DNA of 61,148 nucleotides, filler included, from Hausera hauseri (Eukaryota): NCBI GenBank assembly GCA_046269625.1. It is 12 parts of 12 records of this genome, joined end to end, with 100 filler letters (N's around TTAATTAATTAA, not from the genome) between each part and the next. Parts side by side here need not be neighbours in the genome. Positions count along the whole stretch, not along the records: positions 22,983 to 27,346 come from JBJURY010616220.1; positions 27,447 to 33,621 come from JBJURY010129984.1; positions 33,722 to 39,012 come from JBJURY010288502.1; 9 more parts are not named here. One strand, 5' to 3'. Shown piece by piece: positions 25,305 to 37,350 of this stretch (position 1 is its first letter; each line of letters starts with the position of its first letter). The notes under the pieces were generated by a model. It saw only the letters and a program-made list of their open reading frames with translations, ran no database searches and was not told where the DNA came from. The position numbers and the translations under genes were made by a program.

Positions 25305-26023
25305 ATGAAAGACGACGATAAAACAATTCTACTCAATGATGCTGATGATGAAAGTTCAGATTGGTCGTGGTTGTGTGGCTACAACAAAATGGACGATTCT
25401 AATGTCAAACTTCTGAAACCACCACCACCACTATCATCATCTGTCCAACAATTAGAAAAACCGGGTGATTGTCTGCAGGCCGAATGTCTGGGAACGAAAA
25501 GGGAACTTGCTCAAAAAGAAGCAGCAGCAGCAGCAAAACCGACGTTAAAAAGGCAAAATGCAATGATTGGTGGAATTCGTAAACGAAAATCAAAACCGTC
25601 GGCGTCACGCCAAACACAAATATTTTTACCGAAACGAATTTTTCGGATGTACGAAATGCATTTTTTGCAAACGCCCAAACAGATTTCATTGAATGGTCCC
25701 GTGTCTCTATGCGCACCCAAGTACATCTATCGTGTAAAACGGCTTTTGGGTAAAAATTTGGATAAACTTTCTGATGCTCTACATCAATTAAACGTGGATG
25801 TGAAGTTAAACGAAACGACCGTACAACAGCAATCTGTCGATTTACCGGCGCAGAAAACAAAACTGTTTGATTTATCGGTCGTAAAATGTCTCATGTAACC
25901 GATAGTGATGATGGTTGTGGTTTAAAGTGTCGACTTAACATTGAATTACAAGGATACAAGGAAAAAGCCAGTATCAAAAGCCCTATTTGGAGTGTAGCTG
26001 AAGCACATTTTAATTATCAATAA
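25305..26023 (+). pseudogene. Uncharacterised protein ending LQGYKEKASIKSPIW; probably a separate gene read through from the TBP ORF
   Basis: MKDDDK at 25305; basic RKRKSK; after a frameshift near 25895 reads CRLNIELQGYKEKASIKSPIWSVAEAHFNYQ*. Confidence 0.5.
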
Positions 26024-26142
26024 ATTTTGTTCTTTTTATTGTTGTCGTTGTTGTTGTTGTTTTACCGTTCTTCTTCTTTCATCAACCCACATAATGACGA
26101 GTATAAATATACGTGTAATTTTAAAAAATAGGTATAAGAATA

Positions 26143-26621
26143 ATGACAATGAATGACGTAAAAACTATCTTAACAGACGAAAATGCCGCTTTGTACCGAG
26201 ACGTGTTACAGCAAACAGTGCAAGCTGCGTTGTGTTTTTCAATGTCAATACGACAATTCCCGACAGCAAAATCAAATGCATAACGACTGGGATTGGATTG
26301 GCGATTCCACCGGGTTACTACGGTCACCTTTTATCGAAAAGCGGACTGGCAAAGCTTAGACTGACGGTTGTGGGCGGCTGCGTCATTGATTCAGATTTTC
26401 GTGGTGAAATTAAAGTGTTACTGGACAACCAATCCGGGGAACCGTATGCTTTCTTCAAAGGCAGTGCAATTGCACAAATCGTTTTTCTTCGCTGTGAGGA
26501 GGCGGAATTTAGTGTAATGTCACCTGAACAATGGGGGCTGTTTTGCGTTAATGAATCAACAACACAAAATGAACGCAAAGAATTTAGCTTTGGCGATATG
26601 GACAAAACCACCTATGTTTAA
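26143..26621 (+). pseudogene. dut: Trimeric dUTPase, frameshifted near N-terminus
   Basis: PRRVTANSA, KSGLA, VIDSDFRGEI, IAQIV, degenerate motif 5 RKEFSFG. Confidence 0.9.
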
Positions 26622-26697
26622 TGATTGTGATAATAATAATAGTTAGTTGTTTTGTTTGTGCTACAAACAAAAAATAATTTTATACCAGAGATAAGTA

Positions 26698-27237
26698 ATG
26701 GCGAGAGGATTTATAGATATTGAAGCTTTCCAGGATGATAATGCCCGGTACCTGATAAAGGAATTATGCATTATGGACGTCAGTAACATTTTCAAACAGC
26801 TTTTGTACATAATCAAGCCCGGTATTGTGTGGAATGATCTGACGGAAAAAGCGAAAATTACAAGCGAATTTCTCTTTTGACATAGTCATGGACTTCATTG
26901 TTATGAAGGCAATTCAATTTTCTGTGAGATGTGTATTATGCGAGACATTTATGATCGTTTTGACATTAAAAATACAATATTTTACATTAAAGATCAAATT
27001 GACGTGCGGAAGTTTACGCACCTCCATTCACAGTTTCCCAAGTTACGAATGACGACGTATTTAACAGCAATATCAAATAGATTGCTGGCAATGGTACCTG
27101 ACAATATTATATGTCCACATCGTGATCATGGATTGAATTATGCTTACAAAAATGTCAACGGCTTTGCATTGACTATATTTCATGCAAATAAATATATTTC
27201 TCTGTTTTCTTTCTTTGTTTTTAGTTTCCGTAAATAA
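26698..27237 (+). pseudogene. DEDD/RNase H-fold nuclease-like Polinton accessory protein, in-frame TGA at 26878
   Basis: FIDIEAF..YLIKEL..KPGIVWNDL..HGL..EG..CPHRDHG. Confidence 0.6.
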
Positions 27238-28189
27238 GGTTCAAAAACTACAAATACGTATAGGAAATAACATTAATCATCATCATCATTATCATCATGG
27301 ACATAGTTAATCAACTGAAGCAATTGCAAAATTTTGATGCATTATTNNNNNNNNNNNNNNNNNNNNNNNNNNNNNNNNNNNNNNNNNNNNTTAATTAATT
27401 AANNNNNNNNNNNNNNNNNNNNNNNNNNNNNNNNNNNNNNNNNNNNACAACGGAAAACACCTACTAAATATTATCTCGTACCGGTTTTTCGATTTGAACC
27501 ACATTACCAATTTTATTTTTACTTGGGATTTAGAACACAAAAGGATTATAATCACTATTTTAATAGATTTTCTAAAACTAACCTAGAAAATATACGTCTC
27601 TTAACACAATATAGAGTCTGTCATAGATCGGAACTGATCGTTTGGATAGAAATTCCTAAACGCATTGCAAAAGAGAATTCATCAAAATTTTGATAAATAT
27701 CGAAATTGTTTGGAACAGTGAACCAACACTAGTATGACAAGTTTGATAATTAATTTATCTTCAACCGTTACTCAACCCATCAAACCGAAATCTGGACTCA
27801 ACCAGCTATACAATTCGGTCTGTTTAGTTCAGTCAATAATGCCTTGTCTACTTGCAGTCTCTTTGGAGCGATTCAGAATTCTTAGTGTCAATTTTTTTTC
27901 AAGTTCGTCAGCCGTAAACAATAAGTCAGTCTTCATTCTACCAACTCAATCCCCAAATTCCAACATATTCAACCAAACTTACACAAATAATACACCGAAT
28001 TTTTTGGGACTCCGACTCATATTCAATCATAATTTACCAAATCTTTTGGCGAATTGTTTAGTTTGAATACAAAATCGACAAATCTCTTCACACCGACCAC
28101 TCAGAACTCACAGTCCAATGGAAATTTTCGCAGTCAAAGTAATTTTATAATTGGATACCCTTCTGTTCGTTGCGCAACCAATGAATTGT

Positions 28190-31015
28190 CTGGTTGAGGG
28201 ACCGAGCATGCTCGCCTCCTATGCATTACATCCCCTTTCCCTTTTTGTTTTTTCTAACAATAAGCACGTATATATAGTAAGTGCTACATACAAACATACT
28301 TCACACACTCCTTACTCTTCTCTATCTCCTTTCTTTGGCACCTCCGACTTTTACCCCATGCATAATGGCTTGACCCTGCTACCTTCCTACACTCTATGAT
28401 CTTTTGCATTCGACAAACATTCGATAATTCACCTCACTCTCTATTTTCATATCCGTGGCGGATAAGACCCTGAGCCTTCTGCGGAAAATTGCACCAAAAC
28501 TACATCTGGTCGTCGCCCTGCTGAATCTACACCATCTGCTTCTCACAACCTTCTTTGTATAGATTTCTTTTTGGATAAGACCAATTCTAACCTTACCTGG
28601 CTTCAATTTCATTTCCAATGGCTCAAAGCCAACCACATCACCGACTCTTTTCTACAAGCTAACATTTTGCTACTACTTCTTTCATCACAAATAAAACAAA
28701 AAGTCACCAATCTTTCTGAGATACTAACTTCTTCAACTCTGTACGACATGCTCTATGAATCTATCCTACAAATCACCGATCCGTCAATCGACAATATGGT
28801 ATAAAAATATTTCAATGATCATGCCATTGGCACTCAAAAGCACTCTGATTTTCATAAAACCACAATTTCTTAGCTGAGTGCCTTAGGCGTCACTCCTACA
28901 AACAACGCCGATCATTTTCGTCGGTATTTTCTTTACTCATTACCCACTTCAATCAGAGCGTTGCTTACTTTCGTAGATGACTCAACGGCACTTGAAAAAC
29001 TCGCTTTACTGGCTGATAAAAGCTTTGACATCTTACAATCAAACAACTCACAAAGAGTGGCCACTTTAACCCCGCTTACGCAATCACATACTGATACGAT
29101 TATGTTCACACAGCACTACAAATAATGCAAAAGCAATATGACAACTTGCAACAGCCAATTTGGGCTATTACAGCTCAGCTAAATATTTTAGCTGCATCTC
29201 GATGAGGTGAGGCCCGCCCCTCTCGTGAGCGTAGCACCTGTAGGCATTCTTTTCTTGACAAATCGCCGTGCAGACAAATAACTTGCTCTTATCATGAAAA
29301 GTTCTACAGAGACGCGAAGAAGTGTCTTTTGGGCTGTCGCTTTTATCACGAGCGTTTTGCAGATTTTCTGTCGAGGTCAGTTGACTCCATTAAAGTTGAG
29401 CAAATTTTCTCATCCGAAGCCATAAAGACCAATCAGGCATCTGCTGACTTCCTTAGCTCCTTCAAATCCTTTGAGATCATTGATTGCATTTCATATAATA
29501 CATTGAATCTCAGTGACAAAAGATCATTCTAACTCCACCTTTACAAAAGCCAGCTTTCCTTCAAACGCATTTACTCCATCATCCGGATTTGAAAGCAACC
29601 TTTCGCCTGCTTCAATGTCATATAGTTTGGACATCAATGCGCAAAGATGTACAGGGCTGGTTAAGGATTGCGTAGCTTGTCAAAAATACAAAATCAACAA
29701 AGAGCGTAAACCGCCGTTCTACAATTCCCCTGTACATCACGTTTTTATACAGTTCTTCTTGATTTCGATAACCCTTTACCTTCTGACAACGGGCATCAAC
29801 ATATCCTTACTATAATGGATCGTGCTTCTCGCTGGCCTGAAGCCGTTCCTCTCCGCTCAACGAACATTGATTCAGTAGCCGATGCCTTCATAAAAATCGG
29901 GATCAATCGTTCTGGTTCCCCACGTTATATAATAAAGGATCAAGGTTCAAAGTGTGAGTCGGAACTTTTCAAATCACTTGTTAAACGCTTGGGGATATCC
30001 TATTTCCACACAACACCATAACATCGTCAAGCGAATGGCCTCCTTGAAAGGTTCCATCGAACAATGAAAATTTCTTTAAAAATCATGGATGGCTATCATC
30101 GTAATTGGACGTACATTCTACCATTTGTTCTACTAGGGTGGCGCAACACACCCTCAACCACTACCGGTTGTGCTCCAGCCGACGCACCTTTTGGGACTCC
30201 AATACGGGCTCTATTGAACCTTTCGGCCTCGACGACAATCCGCAGAAGAAAACATTCTTGCGGCACAACCTCACTTCTTCAAGGTTAGCTCAGACTCATT
30301 CTGTCGTCTCCTCAACAATAACAAATCGTACATTCTGAAGGATTTATACTCGGCCATGTTTGTGCGGCTGAAGTATCAATCGCCTTCGGGTTTTAGACCT
30401 CAATGTGTTGGTCCATACAAACTCGTTAATCTGTCATCTCACACATCTACCATTTATGCCAAGACAAACCTTACAACGTTCATATTTCAAATCTTAAGCC
30501 GATTTTCTCCGTTGATGACAATCCGGATGCCAATTCTTCCTCCGATTCAAACTCAACTCTTACTCCTTCCATTTCGTCCTCAAATTTTCTTCATGACTTT
30601 GTGCCGTTGAAGCAATCACCGTTCTGTCACACTCAATCATCATGATTTCATCCATCCATCTCGCCGCCCTCTCTGTCATCATCTCAACTACTTTCTTCAC
30701 CTCAATTACCTACATCTATTGTTTCACAGCCTTCTGTTTCATCACCTCAATTGAACGCCTTTTTTGTTTGACATATTCTCTCTACCTCCTTCATCATCTT
30801 CGTCACAAGCAGCATCAAGTAAGGCACGCAAAGTGACATTTAGCACCCACAGCAAGGAAAAGTTCTTTGATGGTACACAGCACCTGATACATAGTAAAAC
30901 CGAACAAGCACTAAACATTTTTCCTTTGTTGCGATTTATTGTTTTTATCATTCCTATTCAACTTTACATAGTTTCTCTTCTGCCACGTGGGGACGATATA
31001 GTGCAGCGGTCGCGG
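28190..31015 (+). mobile_element. Ty3/Gypsy (CsRN1-like) copy 4, internally deleted (gag joined to integrase)
   Basis: Gag WLQFHFQWLKANHITDSFL; integrase MDRASRWPEAVPL, KDQGSKCES; junction near 29357 lacks PR/RT/RH relative to copy 5; PPT-like GGGGACGA near 30989. Confidence 0.88.
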
Positions 31016-31030
31016 ACGTAACTCGTGCCC

Positions 31031-31255
31031 TATCAACACCCATGTATGACAGTTGTAGTATCCAATTCTGTGAAGAAACGTCGAGGTCGTCAAACATACG
31101 GTACACATACGACATTGGAACTAAAAAGAATTTCAGTACAATCGTTACTTGACCAAACGTCGACAAATGGAGGTCGCTGAAAATTCGTGTATGTCAAAAC
31201 TTCAAATCAAACTATGGTTTCAGAACCGCCTAACGAAGTTGAAAACGAAGTTGAG
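31031..31255 (+). pseudogene. Central-class Hox (Lox4/Lox2/Ubx-abdA-like) hexapeptide plus homeodomain fragment
   Basis: HPCMTVVVSNSVKKRRGRQTY..TLEL[1-nt frameshift][27 protein letters not shown]. Confidence 0.85.
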
Positions 31256-31454
31256 TTTTGCTGTTAAGCTTGGTGCTGCAAATATCTACCTCTCTCTCTC
31301 TACAATGTTCTTCCAAAGCACATTTCTTGAAATAAAAAGAAAAATCAGGTCTCCGTTGATGTTGTAAAAGTTACAATTCCTTCAAAACTGACAGAACCCT
31401 CAATAGTCGTATCTTGATTGAGTGTATTTCATGTCACATATATGTTGATCATAG

Positions 31455-33546
31455 TGTTAGTAGATAGAGTCTCTACCATCTCGACCTCAACATTACTTGA
31501 AGATTGTAAAATAGAATTATACATAAAATATTTATTATAAAAGTTTTATATAACATTTATCTCCTTCACTCTGGAAATGAGGTTTATTTTCCTTCTTTTC
31601 TGAATTTCCTGGCTATCTGTTGGCTGTTTGCTAAATAATCTTTGAGTTAAATATAACGTTAATATCCGTTTCAATTCCTTGTCACATCCTCCTCCATATT
31701 TTTTCCATTTCTCGGCCATGAAGACTTCTTGGTGCTTCGCACTGTGTCCAATACCAGAGGGTTTTCCCCTATCCGCAGAATCTCCTTCGCTCTTTTGAAT
31801 CGTTCTTCATTCGTCAGTTTTCGACAAAATTTTGCCTCTAAGTTTGATATATCGTACCTTTGTTCCTCTCTGCCTTTCTGTCTCCAACCTAATGCGATTC
31901 CAAAAGTCTTTTGTAGTTCCATTCCTCCTATTATTTCTGGTGATATGTCTGTCACTACTATGAAAGTTACGCGCTTCTGTACTCCCTTGAGTTCCACATT
32001 TATGGATAGTTCACCCATGCAGTCTAGGTGGCTACCATTTGCAAAATGGACTGTGATATCTAATTTATCCACCTGGATATCTGTCAATCTTTCAAAAATC
32101 GTCCTACTCATCACGTTCACCTGTGCACTCATGTCCAATAGGCAGTCTTCCAATCTATCTTGTACCTTTATTTTTATACCTGGCTGTCCTTGTAATTTAT
32201 CATACGTGATACCCTTTTCTGTCAGTCCTTCCATGGGAAAAATCCTCTCTTCGTGGAGGCTCTCGTTTTGACTTTCTGTAAATCGTACTTCTTTGTTTCT
32301 GTCCTCAATCATTTCCCTTTTTATGAACCTCCGTACCTTTTCCTCTGTTTTTTCCTTCATTTCTTCAATACTTATCCGTTCCTTTCAATATTTTGGGAGC
32401 CTTTGGAGTTGTTTAATGTAATGCCCCGACTAGTTCCACTTTTGTCGAGGCTCTGCCTTTTGGGTTTGTCGACTATGTGATGGAATCTTCATAGTCCTCG
32501 TCAATATTTGCAACGTATGCGTGCTTGCTGTTCACCCTCTTTCCATATCTTTTCTGACCATAACCTGCACGTTTGAAATTGTCGGTAAAAGTATTTTGTC
32601 CTCTTCTGCTCTTGTCCAATTTTGTATAGCACTCTTCTTCCCTGTGCCCTCTATTGTGACAACTATTGCATTTTATTTTTATGCAATTTTGTCTTATATG
32701 TCCTTGCTGACTACACCCATAGCATATAAGGGGTTTCCTTTCCGGGCAATTCCTGTTAATGTGTTCTTCTTTCCCGCAAGCAAAACATCTTGGTGCATGT
32801 TGGAGGTTACATGTCCTGCTTTTATGACCGTCTTTTTGGCACGACCAGCATTTCATCGTGCTCTTTGCATGCGTATTGTGCCATTTGAAATCCCTCCTTT
32901 CCTGTCTTGGTTTGTCAGATTTGTGCATCGCCACATCCCGGTAACTCCGTCGACCCTCTCTAGTGTATTCTGTGACTGTGTTCATTGCTTCCATCTTTGT
33001 TGCCACTTCGTGAACTTTCCGTATTTTCTCTTTGAGTTGTTTGACGCTTTTTTGTCACTGCGGTAGATTTCCTTTCTTATCTCTGGATTGTCGCAACAGT
33101 GGATCATCAATTCCTCTGTTAGAACTTCCAGTGTTACTTTGTGGCTAAGAATGCGCTTCGCCAGTTGTTCGATTTTGTTAAAGTAGGCGTCCGGTTTTGC
33201 CCCCTCATTCTGTAGTTCAAGGCCTCATGCATATCTCCGCACAGCATTGCGGGTTTTGAAAATGCTTTTCTCAACGGGTTTTAATAACCTTTCACCTTCT
33301 AGCTCACCAGATTGTATTTTTCCTGCGATTCTTCCGCCAACAGGCACAGGACCGCAGTTTCCCGGCCCGTCTCAGACATCTTTATGAAGTCGAAGTATCT
33401 CTCGCATTTTCCAATAAAAGTTTCGAAGAAGTCTCTTGTAGCGTTGGTCGCCACGTTAGTAGATCGCGTCTCTACCATCCCGACCTCAACCTGACTTGAT
33501 GATCGTAAAATAGAATTATTCATAAGATATATATTATAAAAGTTTA
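31455..33546 (-). mobile_element. Short-LTR Ty3/Gypsy element, about 2.1 kb, gag (CCHC knuckles) and protease, pol deleted
   Basis: 101-bp LTR TGTTA..TAACA (31455-31555) preceded by a purine tract; second LTR 33454-33546; PBS TGGCGACC (33446-33453); four CX2CX4HX4C knuckles; protease CLLDMSAQVN..IIGG. Confidence 0.88.
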
Positions 33547-33721
33547 GTAGGGGGAAAGGAGCGCACTGGGCCACCCCCCCCAGGATCGATAATCAATATT
33601 GTATGGGAAATTTATATGGGGNNNNNNNNNNNNNNNNNNNNNNNNNNNNNNNNNNNNNNNNNNNNTTAATTAATTAANNNNNNNNNNNNNNNNNNNNNNN
33701 NNNNNNNNNNNNNNNNNNNNN

Positions 33722-36700
33722 GAAACTTTCATCACGTGGGAAAAGCATTACAAAGATTTAGTTCAGTGGAATTGGAAAGAGTATCTACAATACATACAAG
33801 GAATGAGTAAAGAGGAAATAATAAAGAAAATGGAACTGATTGACAAAATTATCAATGAAAAATTGTATGACCAGATAACTTACGAATTCAACTTCTGGTT
33901 TGAGTCTTTTCATAAGGCAGTAAAACAAATTTATGAATTTTACAAATCACAAGGAAAGTCCAAGGTAAGAATTGAACACGAAATCATTACGGGAAAGCCT
34001 AGAATTATAACAAAATGGGAAAAGGGCACAGATACAGATTCATCGAGAGAGATTAATACTAAAGAAACTTTCATCACGTGGGAAAAGCATTACAAAGATT
34101 TAATTCAGTGGAATTGGAAAGAGTATCTACAGTACATAAAAGGGATGAGTAAGGAAGAAATGTCCAGCAAAATGCAAAAGGTGATAAAAATTATTAATCT
34201 AAAATTATATAATCAAGTGAGCTATGAACTCAACTTCTGGTTCGAATCTTTTTATAAGGCCGTAAAGGAGCTTCATGAATTCTATGAATCACAGCGCGAG
34301 TCAAAAGTTAAGGTCATAGAGAAGATTGTGACAAGTAGCACTACAGATACTGACAATAATGCAAAGCTGAACAAAACACAAATACTGCTGCAATGGGAAA
34401 TACTCTTAAGAGAATTAATGGAATGGGACTGGAAACAATACATAAGAAATATAAAAGGGATGACCGAAGAAGAAGTTTTACATAGGCTTCAAGAAATAGA
34501 GAGTATAGTGAAGAATAAGCAGTATCAACTTGTAACGTACGAACTTAATATGTGGTTAGAAACATTCTACAACGCGGTAAAAAAGATTCATATTTTTTAC
34601 AAAAGAGTTACACAAAAACCAACCGAAAAGGGTGAAACACAACGGCCATACCTAACAGATCGAAAGAAACTACAACAGATCGAACGATTTATAAAAAAGA
34701 ATTTGGAGAAATTAATTGAAAAAATAAAGCCCGACCGGAGAGAAATATGGAAAACAAGAATGAAGAAAATATTGAAATATATTAAAGAAAAAAAGGAACA
34801 GAAAATTCCACGAAAATGGCTTATCAAGATACATCGACTTGTACGAAAGATAATCAGAAGAAGACGTCCAGTCCGTCCACGTCATCGTNNNNNNNNNNNN
34901 NNNNNNNNNNNNNNNNNNNNNNNNNNNNNNNNNNNNNNNNNNNNNNNNNNNNNNNNNNNNNNNNNNNNNNNNNNNNNNNNNNNNNNNNAATTAAGACAAT
35001 CATCAAATACATCAAGGAAAATCAACCAGAAAAGATTCCAAGAAAATGGCTTATCAAGATACATCGACTTGTACGAAAGATAATCAGAAGAAGACGTCCA
35101 GTCCGTCCACGTCATCGTCGTCGTCTGACAATAAAACTGATAAAGCGAATTATCCACAAGCATCTGCCAAAGTTGATTTCTCTCATTAAACCAGAAAAAC
35201 GAAAGAAATGGACTGACAGAATTAAACTTATCATCAAATACATCAAGGAAAATCAACCAGAAAAGATTCCAAGGAAATGGCTCATCAAGATTAGACGGCT
35301 TGTACGAAAGATCAGGAGACTGTTACTAATTAAACGCATCGTCAAGAAACGCCTTCCAGAATTGATTTCACTCATTAAACCAGATAAACGAAAGAAATGG
35401 ACCATTAGAATTAAGACAATCATCAAATACATCAAGGAAAATCAACCAGAAAAGATTCCAAGAAAATGGCTTATCAAGATACATCATCTTATAAGAAAGG
35501 TAACCGGAATTCCAGGTCCGCACCGTCCAATTGAAGAGGCAGGAAAAGTTGTTGATGAAAACATCAGTTCAACTGTTCGTAATATTTCTGTTACCCTTCC
35601 AAGCAATTGGGAAGAAATCATTATAACCATTAAAAATTTGGACCACCAGTTATGGATTGAACGAATAAAGGCCATCTTATCTTCTGCAGAAACAAATAAT
35701 TTTGACGGAATTGATCCTTCATGGTTTGTTGAACTTAAAAGAATTACGGACATAATTAATGAGGTATCTCGGAATAATGAGAAAGAGAAAGTTGTTACTA
35801 AGGTTAAGAGCCTTAGTTTGACATTACCATCAAACTGGGAAATAATCATCACACGTTTGAAAGGAATCGATCATAAATTATGGAGTTCAAGAATTCGTTC
35901 TGTTTTGAAGGCAATTCAAACGCAAAATTTTGATGGCATTGATTCTTCGTGGTTTGAAGAATTGGAACGCATTACAAATTTGATAAATACTGATCCAATT
36001 GAAGTTGAAAGAATTAAAGTAATAAATGCACTGCAGAAAATGAAAATAGTTCTTCCTACTGACTGGGAAGTTGTTTTAGTCCGAATCAAAGGCATAGATC
36101 ACAATTTATGGATTAAAAGAATTCGACTGATAATAAATGCCATTAAGACAAATAATTTTGATGGAATCGATTCTTCCTGGCTGTTCGAGTTCAAACGAAT
36201 TATTGACACTATCAATGTGGAAGCTTCACGATCTCAAGAAGAAAAGGTTATTACAGCAGTTAGCACCCTCAGATTAACTTTACCTACGAATTGGGAAACG
36301 ATTATTTTACGCATCAAGGGTATAGATCATAAATTATGGATTCAAAGGATCAAACTAATATTAAATGCAGTTAAAACAAAAAAATTCGATGGAATAGATT
36401 CAACATGGTTTGTTGAACTTAGACGAATCATTAATCTCATAAACACCGATTCAACAGAGGCTGAAAAAGTAAAGGTCATCACAGCTTTACAGAAAATTAA
36501 AATAGTTTTGCCTACAGACTGGGAAAAGGTTATCCTAAAGGTTAAGGATATTGATCATTCACTTTGGATAAAACGAATACAATTGGTATTAAATGCCGCT
36601 CAAACCGGAAACTTCGATGGAATTGAATCAAGTTGGATACAAGAATTTGGCATGATTATAGAACAAATTAATACGGTATCCAAAGAAATAACTAAAACTC

Positions 36701-37350
36701 CTTTGATTGGTGAAAGGGTCGTAACGCAAAAGATTCGAATATCATTGCCTTCCAATTGGAAAGAATTGATTCTGAGAATACAGGGCATAGACCATAAAGT
36801 ATGGATTGAACGAATTGACAAAGTTGTTACTCTTCTAAAGGAAAAGAATACTGAAGTATTTAATTTGCCATGGCTCGACGAATTGAATTCTATTACAAAT
36901 GCAATTGCTCAATTAGCATCAATCACACAAAAAAGATCGATAGATCCATCAACCATTAAAGATATTGGAGATAAAGTTAAACTTCTTGTATCGTGGAAAT
37001 GGACAGATTTATTGCAATATATTGACGACGCGAATCGAGGTCAAATAAGAGCTGATGTCCAAAAGGTTGTGGATGCTGTTCAATCGAATCAATATGATAA
37101 ATTAGATGATGATTTAGTCAATTGGTTCGTACAGATATTCGAAAATTTTAAAGGCTTCCAAGACTCAATTGAAGGTGGATATATATTCAATAAATCAACA
37201 AAAACCTGGGAAAAAACTGATCGCAGACAGAAAAGATCAATTTATCAAGATTTCGATGATCATAGTAATCTGTTAAATAACATGAAAAAATCGATTAGAC
37301 AAACGTTACGTTACTTCAACATCCTCAAAGCAATTATGGAGAGAAAGTAG
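33722..37350 (+). CDS. Large intronless Cys-free helical-repeat protein (5' truncated; spans N gap 34889-34988)
   Basis: Open frame on both sides of the gap with identical KIPRKWLIKIHRLVRKIIRRRRPVRPRHR text; three repeat classes; RRQKR near C-terminus; AATAAA at 37558. Confidence 0.85.

Noticed and set aside
24843-25898. A single 351-aa TBP fusion protein
   Set aside because: More likely two genes joined by stop loss; the second part has its own Met and a standalone relative at 3989-4448
34816-35083. Overlapping ORFs or programmed frameshift in the repeat protein
   Set aside because: Caused by the arbitrary 100-N gap length inside a collapsed repeat
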